Source: Candidatus Delongbacteria bacterium (lineage in GTDB: Bacteria; CAIWAD01). From it: a DNA stretch of 64,000 nucleotides. The position numbers and the translations under genes were made by a program. The stretch lies in the NCBI GenBank assembly GCA_963663545.1, contig OY760505.1, forward strand, positions 3,552,001 to 3,616,000, written 5' to 3'. How positions within the stretch are numbered: the first letter of the stretch is position 1; each line of letters starts with the position of its first letter. The notes beneath the pieces were generated by a model. That model worked only from the letters and a program-made list of their open reading frames with translations, was not told the DNA's origin and ran no database searches. Below are positions 1-10,683 of this stretch, piece after piece.

Positions 1-23
1 GAGGGGGCCTCTATGAAGATCAA

Positions 24-91
24 CTGCTTCCAGGGGACACCATAACCGCGCTTCCGCGCGGTCACGGCGCCCCTGAAGCAGAGCGTTAGAA
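24..91 (+). other. attC-like integron recombination site (left R'' box degenerate)
   Basis: Imperfect palindrome CTGCTT(C)CAGGGG...CCCCTGAAGCAG with an extrahelical base and A/C mismatches (G-T pairs on bottom strand), then 6-nt spacer and GTTAGAA (85-91). Confidence 0.6.
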
Positions 92-107
92 GCAGCTGGA
101 GAAGAGA

Positions 108-1136
108 ATGAAATACTTTGTCGTGATTTTGTTGATTGCATCAGCACAGTTCGCAAGCGTCAATGCTGAAGTTATAGAAGGATTGACGCCAGAGTGCTTC
201 ATGGATGCAACAGTCCTGAGTATGGGTAAAGATCAGCCATCAAGTGTTGCGATTCGAGGCCATAGTTCTGTGCAGTATTACACTCAGTCCGAGACTGGAT
301 GGATACTCTCAGATAGTCTTGATATCCCAGAAGGGATCATCCCAGGACAGGTGAATTTCATCCAATCGATAGATACCGATCAAGACTCTATTGATGAATT
401 GTGTTTGGCTATTGGTGATTCGCTGCACATCTATAGACAGGCGAAAACACTTGAAAAGTTGCATGTATTGAAGCTTGAGTATTGTGTGCACGATCTCTGT
501 GTGCTATACGTCGACAGTTCTAAGACAATCATCGCATACCTAGGTTTTGATCATAATGAGGGTAGACGTGCGCCTCTGCATCGACCCATGTATTTATGTG
601 TTGCTGAGATACATGGGGGCGAAACACGATATATCTATGATGATTCAAAACAATTTGGGTACTGTGAATACGAGTCCGGTGGGATAGGCCTTTTTGCCAA
701 TGTCCAAGCTGGCAAGGATCTCCAGGTAATCGTTGAAGAGCAGATGGGTGGTTCACCTGGTGATGTTCGATATGCAGAGCACATTTGGTCAGGTGATTCC
801 CTCCAGCATGTGCGAGACTATAGTATCTGCAATATGCAGTTTGTCCCAGGTCAGTTTTCATGTACTCCTGAGAAGCGGCCCACATGGTTGGGTACTGGAG
901 CGTGTGTTGACAATGTGACTTACTATGTATGCAAAGAATTGATGTTTGAAAGACGAGACTCACTTGAGATCGTGAAATTCTGTAAGGACTCTCTTGTAGT
1001 TGTAGAAATGATAGAAGGGGCTGGAATGGCCTATAACAACTGCTATAGTTGGTTGAATCTCTATGGATATGGATATGGTGTATTCATCGCTGGCTACTAT
1101 AAAGGTACATATCGGTTCTATCCAGTCGACTTGTGA
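108..1136 (+). CDS. Secreted hypothetical protein, probable integron gene cassette ORF
   Basis: 342-aa ORF with signal peptide, AT-richer than neighbours; bounded by GTTAGAAGCAGC (85-96) and GCTGTTTCTAAC (1138-1149), complementary at 11 of 12 positions. Confidence 0.7.
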   Translation: MKYFVVILLIASAQFASVNAEVIEGLTPECFMDATVLSMGKDQPSSVAIRGHSSVQYYTQSETGWILSDSLDIPEGIIPGQVNFIQSIDTDQDSIDELCLAIGDSLHIYRQAKTLEKLHVLKLEYCVHDLCVLYVDSSKTIIAYLGFDHNEGRRAPLHRPMYLCVAEIHGGETRYIYDDSKQFGYCEYESGGIGLFANVQAGKDLQVIVEEQMGGSPGDVRYAEHIWSGDSLQHVRDYSICNMQFVPGQFSCTPEKRPTWLGTGACVDNVTYYVCKELMFERRDSLEIVKFCKDSLVVVEMIEGAGMAYNNCYSWLNLYGYGYGVFIAGYYKGTYRFYPVDL

Positions 1137-1268
1137 TGCTGTTTCTAACACATGATTGCTGCTTCTGATGGAAAAGGCTAAAAAGAACATTATACTAACC
1201 AACAATTCGACCGGACTTGAAACACATCGGGCCGCCGAGTAAAACATTACACGCTTTAGGGGGAGTTT

Positions 1269-1358
1269 ATGAAGTCAATTGTCTCACTTCTCTTCATCGT
1301 CTCAGTCGCAGCTATTGCTACTGCGAATGAATTTGGTGTTGTCGGTAACTGGACCTAG
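1269..1358 (+). pseudogene. 5' fragment of a secreted-protein gene, interrupted by IS
   Basis: RBS GGGGAG plus MKSIVSLLFIVSVAAIATANEFGVVGNWT*; stop lies just inside the IS-like end at 1350. Confidence 0.45.
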
Positions 1359-1575
1359 CCACCCCCCAATTTTTCGGTCCACTCTTTTTGCGACTCACCC
1401 TACCTTGCATCCAAGGAGGTTTTGCCATGCGCAAGAGTCGATTCAGCGAGCAGCAGATTTTCAATGTGCTCAAGGAATGTGGAAGCTGGTGCGTCCATTG
1501 CTGACGTATGCCGCCGGACGGGGATCTCTGTTGCAACCGTTCATCGCTGGAAGGCGAAGTACGAAGGGTTGGGGT
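1350..1575 (+). mobile_element. IS3-family (IS407-like) remnant, frameshifted and truncated OrfA
   Basis: ATG 1427 MRKSRFSEQQIFNVLKE then frameshift to VEAGASIADVCRRTGISVATVHRWKAKYEGL (HTH_Tnp_1 pattern); TGGACC.. left end; no OrfB. Confidence 0.8.
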
Positions 1576-1696
1576 GGGTCCATGTCCCGCCCTTCGGTCG
1601 TGACACCTCGTAGATTTCTCGCATCAGGCTCTGCTGAACATCGAACACAATACAGTCGCGAGGAATCTCCTCTTGGCATTCTGGGACGACGGTCTT

Positions 1697-1770
1697 CCTT
1701 TGCGTACTTCGCGTCTTGGCGCGATAGTTTCTTCTCTCGCCTCTCTGCGTTCTCTGCGCTCTCTGCAAGA
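1697..1770. repeat. Low-complexity CTTTGCG/CTTGGCG/CTCTGCG repeat tract
   Basis: Same motif family as 16997-17040, 30739-30781, 30918-30970 next to GxxExxY genes. Confidence 0.5.
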
Positions 1771-1813
1771 TGCTCTCTTCTCTTCCGCTTTCCTTCAGGT
1801 TGATCCAAAGCCT

Positions 1814-1860
1814 CGATACCGATACCGATCCGACTCCGCAGGAGTCGGCACCGATACCGA
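1814..1860 (+). repeat. (CCGATA)n repeat with internal hairpin
   Basis: CCGACTCCGCAGGAGTCGG hairpin 1830-1848; related copy at 32575-32630. Confidence 0.65.
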
Positions 1861-1927
1861 CGGGAACGGCTTGCTTTTTGTAACTTGCACAGGTCGCTAC
1901 AAACGGCGGCTACAAGAGGAGTTTTGC

Positions 1928-3790
1928 ATGTCCTATCTGGTGCTCGCGCGCAAATGGCGCCCCCGAAATTTCGCCGAAGTCATCGGACAATCGCACGTCA
2001 CGCGCACCCTGGCCAACGCCATCCGCACCGGCCGCATCGCCCACGCCTACATCCTTTCCGGTCCGCGCGGCGTCGGCAAAACCTCCATCGCGCGCATCCT
2101 GGCCAAGAGCCTCAACTGCGCCAACGGCCCCACGGCGGAACCCTGCGGCGAGTGCACCTCCTGCCGCCAGATCCACGATGGCAACAACTTCGATGTCATC
2201 GAAATCGACGGTGCCAGCAACAACAGCGTCAACGACATCCGCGAGCTGCGTGATACAGTCAAGTACGGCCCCAGCGAGCACCGCTACAAAGTCTACATCA
2301 TCGACGAAGTCCACATGCTCTCCACCAGCGCCTTCAACGCCCTGCTGAAGACCCTGGAAGAGCCGCCGGACTTCACCGTCTTCGTCTTTGCCACCACCGA
2401 ACTGCACAAGGTGCCGCTGACCGTGCTCAGTCGCTGCCAGCGCTTCGACTTCCACCGTCTCACGCAGAAGGAGATCGAGGCCAGCCTGGCGCGCGTCTGC
2501 GAGGCGGAGGGCGTGAAGGTGGAGGCCCGCACGCTGCAGCTCATCGCCCGTCGCGCTGACGGCGGCATGCGTGATGCACAATCGCTGCTGGACCAGGTGC
2601 TCAGCTTCAGCGAAAAGGAAGTGCATCACGAAGAAGTGGTCCACGCCCTTGGATTGGTGGAACAGGAGTCGGTGATACAATTGCTGCGCATGGTGCGCGA
2701 CCAGGACGCCGCCGCCGCTTTTGCGCTGGCCCGCGAACTGGCTTCACGCGGTGCCGATCCCGGCGAGTACCTGATGCAGGTGGCGGAGAGCCTGCGCAAT
2801 CTGCTGCTGCTGAAGACCGATCCCGAGGGCGCGCTGAACGAAATGGCTGAGGAAAGCCTGGCGCCTCTGCGCGAGGTGCTGGACGCTTTCAGCGAGGCGG
2901 ATCTGCTGCGCATGCTCACCTTCCTCGCCGGTCGCATCGACACCGTGAGACGCGGCAGCCAACCCCGGCTGCAGTTCGAGCTCAGCCTGCTGCGCTTGGC
3001 GCGCATGGAGCGTGCACTGGAGGTCGAGGACCTGATGCGCGCCCTGGCGGGTCTGCCGGTCGAGGCCCTGGGAAGTGTGACACAGGGAAATGCGGAGCAA
3101 AAAAAAACTCCGTTGAAGCGCTCCGTTGAAGCGGACCCGCTGAAGCCATCTGCCGAACCGGCTCCACGAGCTGAAAAGCAACCCGTCGAAGTCCGTGATA
3201 CACCACCCGCTGCCAAGGCGCATTCCTCTGATACGGTTGCGCCGAATCCTGCTGTACCAAGCGCTGATTCGCCCGTGACTCAGAAGGAGCCAGCAGCAGA
3301 TCCGGCAGCTAAGACTGCGCCCGTATCACACACTCCACCACTTGTGGACGAGACGCCCGCGCAGCCAGAGCCGAAAACGGTGACCGCTTCGGGCATGACG
3401 CTGGATGAGCTTCGCGCGCTCTGGCCGGAACTGTTGGAGCGGGTCGCGCAGGCCATGCCCATGCAGGCGGCCACTTTCCAGCATCTGCAACCCGTTGAGC
3501 TTGCGGGCGATCGTATCACGCTGAAGGGCGTCTTTCGTGCTGACACGGTGCGGCAGAGCTTCCTGCGCAAGAAGCTGGAGCTGGAGGAGTTGGCGGCGCG
3601 CGTGTTCGGCGAGCGCTTTCCGCGCGGACTGCAGTTCAAGGTAGTCGAGGAGGAATTGGGCGCGGAGGAGCGATTCGTCAAGGCGCAGCGAACCCATTTG
3701 GACGGCGGTAGCCGCTTTGCAGAACTGAAGGAAGACAACCCCGTGCTGGGCGAGCTATTCGACCGCATGGACGGGCGTTTGCTGGAATAG
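1928..3790 (+). CDS. dnaX: DNA polymerase III subunit gamma/tau
   Basis: MSYLVLARKWRP, Walker A GPRGVGKT, zinc CGECTSC, DEVHMLS, SRC; RBS GAGGAG before ATG 1928; Pro/Ala-rich linker. Confidence 0.97.
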   Translation: MSYLVLARKWRPRNFAEVIGQSHVTRTLANAIRTGRIAHAYILSGPRGVGKTSIARILAKSLNCANGPTAEPCGECTSCRQIHDGNNFDVIEIDGASNNSVNDIRELRDTVKYGPSEHRYKVYIIDEVHMLSTSAFNALLKTLEEPPDFTVFVFATTELHKVPLTVLSRCQRFDFHRLTQKEIEASLARVCEAEGVKVEARTLQLIARRADGGMRDAQSLLDQVLSFSEKEVHHEEVVHALGLVEQESVIQLLRMVRDQDAAAAFALARELASRGADPGEYLMQVAESLRNLLLLKTDPEGALNEMAEESLAPLREVLDAFSEADLLRMLTFLAGRIDTVRRGSQPRLQFELSLLRLARMERALEVEDLMRALAGLPVEALGSVTQGNAEQKKTPLKRSVEADPLKPSAEPAPRAEKQPVEVRDTPPAAKAHSSDTVAPNPAVPSADSPVTQKEPAADPAAKTAPVSHTPPLVDETPAQPEPKTVTASGMTLDELRALWPELLERVAQAMPMQAATFQHLQPVELAGDRITLKGVFRADTVRQSFLRKKLELEELAARVFGERFPRGLQFKVVEEELGAEERFVKAQRTHLDGGSRFAELKEDNPVLGELFDRMDGRLLE

Positions 3791-3800
3791 AGGAGATAGC

Positions 3801-4112
3801 ATGATCAAGGGCGGACTGGGCGGATTGCTGAAGCAGGCCCAGGTAATGAAGAAGAAACTGGCTCAGGTGCAGGAGAAGATGGAAGCCGAGGTGGTCGAGG
3901 CCGCGTCCGGAGACGGGCTGGTGCGTGTTACGGCCAACTGCCGCCAACAGATTCGCAGTATCACCATCGCCCCCGAGGCGCTCGAGGATCCAGGTATGCT
4001 GGAAGACTTGGTACTGACGGCGGTCAACCGTGCTCTGACAGAAGGCCGCGAGCGCAACGAGAAGGAAGTGGCGCGTATCACGGGCGGCATCGATTTTCCC
4101 ATGGGGCTCTGA
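3801..4112 (+). CDS. ybaB: YbaB/EbfC nucleoid-associated protein
   Basis: LLKQAQ...GDGLVRVTAN...LEDLVLTAVN; dnaX-ybaB-recR synteny. Confidence 0.95.
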   Translation: MIKGGLGGLLKQAQVMKKKLAQVQEKMEAEVVEAASGDGLVRVTANCRQQIRSITIAPEALEDPGMLEDLVLTAVNRALTEGRERNEKEVARITGGIDFPMGL

Positions 4113-4720
4113 TGCAAATGCTGACTCCCGCCATGGCGGAGCTGGTGTCCGCTTTCGGCAAACTGCCCGGCATTGGTCGCAAGACGGCGTTTCGTCTGGC
4201 GATGCATGTGCTGGAGAAGGGCAATGACGATGCCCGCGCGCTGGCCAAAGCGCTGGAGGCCGCTGTCACACGCGTTGGGCGCTGCACACGCTGCGGCAAT
4301 CTCTCGGAAGACGAACTCTGCGGTATCTGCGCCAATCCGCGCCGTGACACAAGCCTGATCTGTGTCGTCGAACACCTGGGTGACCTGATGGCCATCGAGC
4401 GCGCCGGCGAGTTTCGCGGCTTGTATCACGTGCTAGGCGGAGCTCTTTCGCCTCTGGACGGCGTCGGTCCCGATCAATTACGCATTGGCGAACTGCTGAA
4501 GCGCGTGCGCGAGGACGGCGTGCAGGAGTTGCTTCTAGCCACCAACTCCACGGTGGAAGGCGACGCTACCGCCCTCTACATTGTGGAATGCTTGAAGGAC
4601 GTGGATCTGAAGCTCAGCCGTCTGGCACGCGGTGTCCCCATGGGCGGAAGTCTGGATTACATCGATCAGCTGACTCTGGCGCGCGCCATCGACGGCCGCG
4701 AAGCCATTCGGCGGGAGTAG
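4112..4720 (+). CDS. recR: Recombination mediator RecR
   Basis: LPGIGRKTA, C4 zinc finger, YHVLGGALSPLDG, TOPRIM ATNSTVEGDATA. Confidence 0.97.
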   Translation: MQMLTPAMAELVSAFGKLPGIGRKTAFRLAMHVLEKGNDDARALAKALEAAVTRVGRCTRCGNLSEDELCGICANPRRDTSLICVVEHLGDLMAIERAGEFRGLYHVLGGALSPLDGVGPDQLRIGELLKRVREDGVQELLLATNSTVEGDATALYIVECLKDVDLKLSRLARGVPMGGSLDYIDQLTLARAIDGREAIRRE

Positions 4721-4723
4721 ACC

Positions 4724-5449
4724 GTGTTCACCATCCCGAATCTGCTGACACTGCTGCGCTTCGTGATGGTGCCCGCCTTTCTCATTCTTTTCCTGAGTCC
4801 GCGACCGCTCCTGCACATCCTTGCCACGGTGATCTATGTGCTGGCGGCAATCACCGACTGGTTCGATGGCTGGCTGGCGCGTCGTCTGCAACAGAAGTCG
4901 GAGCTGGGGCGCATCGCCGATCCGCTGGCAGACAAGCTGTTGGCGGTGGGCGTATACCTTTCGCTGTTGCTGCGTGGTGATCTGATCGAGGCAGTGAGTT
5001 ATGCGCTGCCCTGCATCGTGTTGATCGCGCTCTTCGAGACCGGCATCGTCAGCATGTCGGTGGTCAGTCTCTACCGCGGTGTAAGTTCGCCGCTGGCCTA
5101 TGTGGGCAAGTTGAAAACGGCCGGTCAGCTGCTGACGCTCTTCTTGCTGCTGACACGTATGAACCTGCAAGAGTCGCTTCCGGTGACACACGAACTTCAC
5201 GCACTGATGCAGAACAGGCATCTGCTGTTTCTGCTGAACGGCATGATGCTGATGATCACTGTGCTGACCGGTATCACCTTTCTCACCTATGCGCTGCGCT
5301 ATCCCCGGCATCGCGAAGAGTTGCGTGCAGCGCGCCGTGTATCACGGGACCGCGTGAGACGTTACCGCGAAGAGCAGCGCGAAGAGAAACTGCGCACCCG
5401 GACGGGTGATACAAAAGCCGGGGAAAGCAACAAGGAGAGTGTCTGGTGA
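4724..5449 (+). CDS. pgsA: CDP-diacylglycerol--glycerol-3-phosphate 3-phosphatidyltransferase
   Basis: TIPNLLTLLR, DWFDGWLAR...GRIADPLADK CDP-alcohol phosphotransferase motif. Confidence 0.9.
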   Translation: MFTIPNLLTLLRFVMVPAFLILFLSPRPLLHILATVIYVLAAITDWFDGWLARRLQQKSELGRIADPLADKLLAVGVYLSLLLRGDLIEAVSYALPCIVLIALFETGIVSMSVVSLYRGVSSPLAYVGKLKTAGQLLTLFLLLTRMNLQESLPVTHELHALMQNRHLLFLLNGMMLMITVLTGITFLTYALRYPRHREELRAARRVSRDRVRRYREEQREEKLRTRTGDTKAGESNKESVW

Positions 5450-5898
5450 AGGCTATGCTGCGTCTGCTGGCGACATCGTTCGGCCTCGGATATCTACCGC
5501 TGGCTCCGGGTACGTGGGGCTCGCTGGCCGGTGTTGCCCTCTATTGGTGGGCAATGGACTACGGTTTGGGCTGGCCCATGCTACTGTGTATCACGCTGAT
5601 CCTGCCCCTCATTGGCTGGTTTGCCTGTCGAGAAGGAGAATCCGCCTGGGGACACGATCCCGGTCGTGTGGTCATCGACGAGGTCGCCGGCCAGTGGCTG
5701 ACGCTGTTGATTGGCGGTTCTGCGAGCTGGCCCTATCTGATCGGCGGTTTCGTGCTCTTCCGCATCTTCGATATCTGGAAGCCCGGTCCCGTCGACAAAC
5801 TGCAGCGACTGCCCGGAGCCTGGGGCGTGATGGCCGATGACCTACTGGCTGGCGTCTTTGGCGGCCTGATTCTGCTGGCCGTGCGCCTGTTCTGTTGA
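5446..5898 (+). CDS. pgpA: Phosphatidylglycerophosphatase A
   Basis: APGTWGS, DPGRVVIDEVAG, FRIFDIWKP, GVMADDLLAG. Confidence 0.95.
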   Translation: MKAMLRLLATSFGLGYLPLAPGTWGSLAGVALYWWAMDYGLGWPMLLCITLILPLIGWFACREGESAWGHDPGRVVIDEVAGQWLTLLIGGSASWPYLIGGFVLFRIFDIWKPGPVDKLQRLPGAWGVMADDLLAGVFGGLILLAVRLFC

Positions 5899-5956
5899 GA
5901 TAGACTGACAGTGCGCGCACGATAGCGCGTGACACTGCGAAAACCGGGAACCGTCG

Positions 5957-7342
5957 ATGTGCGCTTCCGCTACTAGTACCCTGCCGCTGCTGCGCGTCGT
6001 CGCCATTGGAGATGAGCTGCTGGAGGGGCACACCCTTGATACCAACACCCGTGAGCTGGTGCAGGCCTTGCGTGAACTGGGGCTGACGGTGGATCACGCC
6101 CGCACCGTGCGCGATCGTGAGACGGATTTGCTTGAGCTCGCACGCTGGCATGGACTGACCATCAGTACCGGCGGACTGGGGCCAACGCGCGACGATCGCA
6201 CGCGCCAGATTCTGGCGGATGCTTTCGGGGTGCAACTTGTGGAGGATCCGGAACGTTGGCAGCAGATCGTCGAGTGGTTTGCGCGCTTTGGCCGCCTGCC
6301 GGGTGAGCTGGAGCATTCCCAGGCCTTGCGGCCTGTTCCGGGCGAAAGTCTGCGCAACGAGGTGGGCACGGCCAACGGACTGGTCTTTGAAGAGGAATCG
6401 CGTACCTGGATTGCATTGCCCGGTGTGCCCGGTGAAATGCGTCATCTGCTGCAGGAGCGTCTTCTGCCCTGGCTGCGCGAACGCTACGCGCTGCCTGAAC
6501 CGGGACGCACACTGAACTTCCGTAGCCGCCGCATCGGCGAGGCCGTGTTACACGAGAGGCTGCAGCCGCTGGCAGATTTGGAAGCGCTGGCGGAGCTGGG
6601 TTTTTATCCGCATCCGGACGGCGTGATTCTGCGCGCCAAACTACCCGCACTTCCGCTGATGGAAGTGGAGCGGCGTGTCACACAGATCCGCGAGCTGGTG
6701 CGCGCGCGACTGGGCGACCATTTGCTCCTTGAGGACGGAGAAGGTCTGCATCTGGTGTTACACCGCCTGCTCAAGGAGGCGGGAGCGCGAGTTGCCGTTG
6801 CAGAGAGTTGTACCGGTGGACTGCTGGCCAGTCTGCTGACGGAGATGGCCGGTTCCAGCGAGTCGCTGTTGGGCGGTGTGGTAGCCTACGCGAATGAAAT
6901 CAAGGAATGCGTGCTGGGTGTATCACCGCAAACGCTGGAGCAGCATGGTGCCGTCTCGGCGGAGTGCGTGAAGAAAATGGCAGCCGGCGTGCGCAAGTTG
7001 TATCACGCCGATCTAAGCCTTTCCGTTTCCGGTGTGGCTGGACCGGGAGGCGGCACGGAGGAAAAGCCCGTCGGCACGGTCTGGCTGGGACTGGATGTCT
7101 CACCGCGCCTGGCGCAGTGGTTGCATCAGCAGGGTTTGCGTGTGCCGCAGACGCCGTGTGCGCGTCTGGAACGCCTGCCGGGTAATCGGCAGCAAGTGCG
7201 CCGTCGCAGTGCGGGACGTGCACTGGCCTTTGGAGTGGAAGTGCTGCTTGGACTTCCGCCGGTGGAACCGGCTGTGGATCCGCAGCATGAGAAGGCATTG
7301 CGTGATTCGCGAAGTGCTGAAGCGGACGGAATACGGGAGTAG
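5957..7342 (+). CDS. cinA: CinA family: molybdopterin-binding domain plus NMN deamidase
   Basis: IGDELLEG, GGLGPTRDD, LPGVPGEM, AESCTGG, SGVAGPGGG. Confidence 0.93.
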   Translation: MCASATSTLPLLRVVAIGDELLEGHTLDTNTRELVQALRELGLTVDHARTVRDRETDLLELARWHGLTISTGGLGPTRDDRTRQILADAFGVQLVEDPERWQQIVEWFARFGRLPGELEHSQALRPVPGESLRNEVGTANGLVFEEESRTWIALPGVPGEMRHLLQERLLPWLRERYALPEPGRTLNFRSRRIGEAVLHERLQPLADLEALAELGFYPHPDGVILRAKLPALPLMEVERRVTQIRELVRARLGDHLLLEDGEGLHLVLHRLLKEAGARVAVAESCTGGLLASLLTEMAGSSESLLGGVVAYANEIKECVLGVSPQTLEQHGAVSAECVKKMAAGVRKLYHADLSLSVSGVAGPGGGTEEKPVGTVWLGLDVSPRLAQWLHQQGLRVPQTPCARLERLPGNRQQVRRRSAGRALAFGVEVLLGLPPVEPAVDPQHEKALRDSRSAEADGIRE

Positions 7343-7344
7343 TC

Positions 7345-7926
7345 ATGCGCCTGTTCATCGCCTGTCCCTTGCCCGAAGAGGTCAAGCGCGAGTTGCGTCG
7401 CCAACAGGAGGCCCTGATTCCGCGTCGCGACCAGATTCGATGGACGCCGGTGGAGCAACTGCACTTGACGCTGAAGTTCATCGGCGAAGTGCAGGACTGG
7501 TGGGTGAATGAGCTTGGTGATACACTGGACGCCCTTTGTGGGGAGCACAGCGCTTTCAGACTGCGCTTGGCAGAGCCCGGCTATTTTGGCTCGCCCGATG
7601 CCCCGCGTGTGCTCTGGACCGGGCTATCCGGTGATACACGCAGGCTCTGCGCTTTCTGCGATCTGCTGGAGCGCGATCTGGACGGCGCCGGGCTGCCGCG
7701 AAGCGAAAAGCGCTTCAAGCCGCATTTGACCCTGGGGCGCGTGAAGCAGGCCAGACCCGGACTGGTGCGCGACCTGCTGGCTGCAGCGCCGCTGAACCTG
7801 GATTGTCCGCTGCGCGAGGTGCAGCTCTTGTCCAGCGTGCTCAAATCCAGCGGTGCGATTCATCATGTCCTGTCCCGCCATATATTGAGTGAAAGTGAAG
7901 TGGACAACGATCAAGCGAAGGAATAG
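7345..7926 (+). CDS. thpR: RNA 2',3'-cyclic phosphodiesterase (2H family)
   Basis: MRLFIA, two HxT motifs (LHLTLKF, PHLTLGR). Confidence 0.92.
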   Translation: MRLFIACPLPEEVKRELRRQQEALIPRRDQIRWTPVEQLHLTLKFIGEVQDWWVNELGDTLDALCGEHSAFRLRLAEPGYFGSPDAPRVLWTGLSGDTRRLCAFCDLLERDLDGAGLPRSEKRFKPHLTLGRVKQARPGLVRDLLAAAPLNLDCPLREVQLLSSVLKSSGAIHHVLSRHILSESEVDNDQAKE

Positions 7927-7928
7927 AA

Positions 7929-8981
<1,053 letters not shown>

Positions 8982-9116
8982 GTTTGTCGTTGGCCGGTTC
9001 AAAGATTCGGCTGTACCCCGTGCCCGCCGCGCCTCGCGGGTGCGCGGCTTGCACGGGCGATAACGATCACAGGTCGTTTCGGCCAGAATTCCGGCTCCGT
9101 CGTGAATCACAAAACC

Positions 9117-9152
9117 AGGCCCCGTGGAGCTTGCTTCGCGGGGTCTTTTGTT
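9117..9152 (+). terminator. Probable intrinsic terminator after recA
   Basis: AGGCCCCGTGGAGC..GCTTCGCGGGGTCT hairpin followed by TTTGTT. Confidence 0.55.
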
Positions 9153-9330
9153 GCGCATAGGCCAGTGTCCAAGGACGGAGGTGCAGGCAATTCCTCTTCG
9201 CCTGTGTTTGGGCCCTTGTGTCGCGATTCGTACTTTGTGACCTGTCGTCCAGCGCCCGTAGCCTGGCAGGTGCGGCGACAGGCCTATGCAGCGTATCACG
9301 CGCACGGGCGACGTGGAACAGAGGACGAAG

Positions 9331-10485
9331 ATGGACGGCACACGGCGCCAGCAATGGCAATTGATCGGACTGGCAGCAGTGGGACTTCTCGGCTTGTGGG
9401 GTGCGCTCCATCTTGATCGTCTGCTGACGGGCAGTTTGCCGGCGGCGGCCGTCGGGGGTGTTCTCCTGGCAACCCTGCTGTCGCTGGGTGGCTTCGCCAT
9501 GTGGATTGCCTACAGACTGGGCGGGCACCTGCCAAAGGGTGCCGTCGAGCGAGGCGCCTGGGGGCTGTTGAATGGCCTATACGTTGTGCTAATTGTTACG
9601 CTTTCCCGCTGGCAAAACCAGGATTGGATTCTGCAGGGATCTCTGCTGCTGATGGTTCTGCTGCCCGCCGTCAGCATGGTGCTGGTCACCCTCGAGAAGT
9701 CGGTGGCCGCCGTGCGTATGCGCATTGCCCTGGTTTATCTTGGCATCGTGCCTCAGATCGCCGCGCTGCAGCAGGTGCATTCACAATTCAGCAGTCAAAG
9801 CATCTTCGGCATGCCCGTCGTCTGGTTGGCTTTTGCGCTCATCTGGCTTTTTGCCGTGTCCATGTTGAGCTCCTGGGAGTTTCCCGAAGTGCATCTGCGT
9901 GTACAGAAGGAGCTTTTGCCGCGATGGATTCCGCTGGCTTTGGCCGTAGCGCTGTTGATTGCCGCGCTACCGGTGCTGGTTTTGCTCTTGCAAGGATACA
10001 GCATGTTGGAAGGACCGGCTTTTGCTTCGTATCTGCTGGCGGCGCTTTCCTGCCTGAGCATTTTCACCGCCGTTCCGCGTTTGCGCAAATGGGGCAGCGG
10101 GCCTCCCGCCTGGCTGACCATCGGTCTAGCGCTGGTCTTCGGCTCCATGATGTTGGCTATGCACTGGGGGTGGCTGACCCTACCCGCGCGTTACTGCAGC
10201 ACCGCTTCCATTCAGTTACTACTGCTGGCGTTGGCTGGCTGGCTGGCGGGTCTGCCCAAGCAGGGCACTCAGCGGCGCACACTATTGAGCACGCTGCACA
10301 CTGCGTGTATCGCTCTGATGTTTGGCCTGCTCTGGTGGGCGCTACCAATGGCAGGAAAACTGACCCCTACGCTGCAGGTACTCATCTTCATGGCTTTTTT
10401 CCTGGGAGCCGGTTTGGGCTACAGTCGAATCGAACTTTCCTACCGCGAGTTGGCGGATAGCGGGGAAGATCGCACACAGAGCTAA
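9331..10485 (+). CDS. Polytopic membrane protein of unknown function
   Basis: Long ORF with about 12 hydrophobic segments; start at 9286 or 9331. Confidence 0.7.
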   Translation: MDGTRRQQWQLIGLAAVGLLGLWGALHLDRLLTGSLPAAAVGGVLLATLLSLGGFAMWIAYRLGGHLPKGAVERGAWGLLNGLYVVLIVTLSRWQNQDWILQGSLLLMVLLPAVSMVLVTLEKSVAAVRMRIALVYLGIVPQIAALQQVHSQFSSQSIFGMPVVWLAFALIWLFAVSMLSSWEFPEVHLRVQKELLPRWIPLALAVALLIAALPVLVLLLQGYSMLEGPAFASYLLAALSCLSIFTAVPRLRKWGSGPPAWLTIGLALVFGSMMLAMHWGWLTLPARYCSTASIQLLLLALAGWLAGLPKQGTQRRTLLSTLHTACIALMFGLLWWALPMAGKLTPTLQVLIFMAFFLGAGLGYSRIELSYRELADSGEDRTQS

Positions 10486-10683
10486 GCCTAAATTTAGAAG
10501 ACACGCTTCGCGCCGAGGAACAAGGACTGCATACAACGCGGGGGGTGGGACACATCCCCATCCTGCTTCACACCTAATGCCTCCCGCCTTGATTGCGGAC
10601 TGCACCTAAGCGCTTTTGCCCTTGAGAACCGATTCTGTGGCGGGGGAGGAGCCTTGCCTGGAGGCGCAAATACTGAACACTGA

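Noticed and set aside
1673..1927. N-terminal extension of the dnaX ORF in the track (705 aa)
   Set aside because: It translates repeat DNA; the conserved MSYLVLARKWRP and RBS place the start at 1928
8982..9285. ncRNA or riboswitch in GC-rich hairpins after recA (also 10490-10680 and 14160-14450)
   Set aside because: No recognisable tRNA, SRP or riboswitch consensus; hairpins explainable as terminators or REP-like elements; an Rfam scan would be needed
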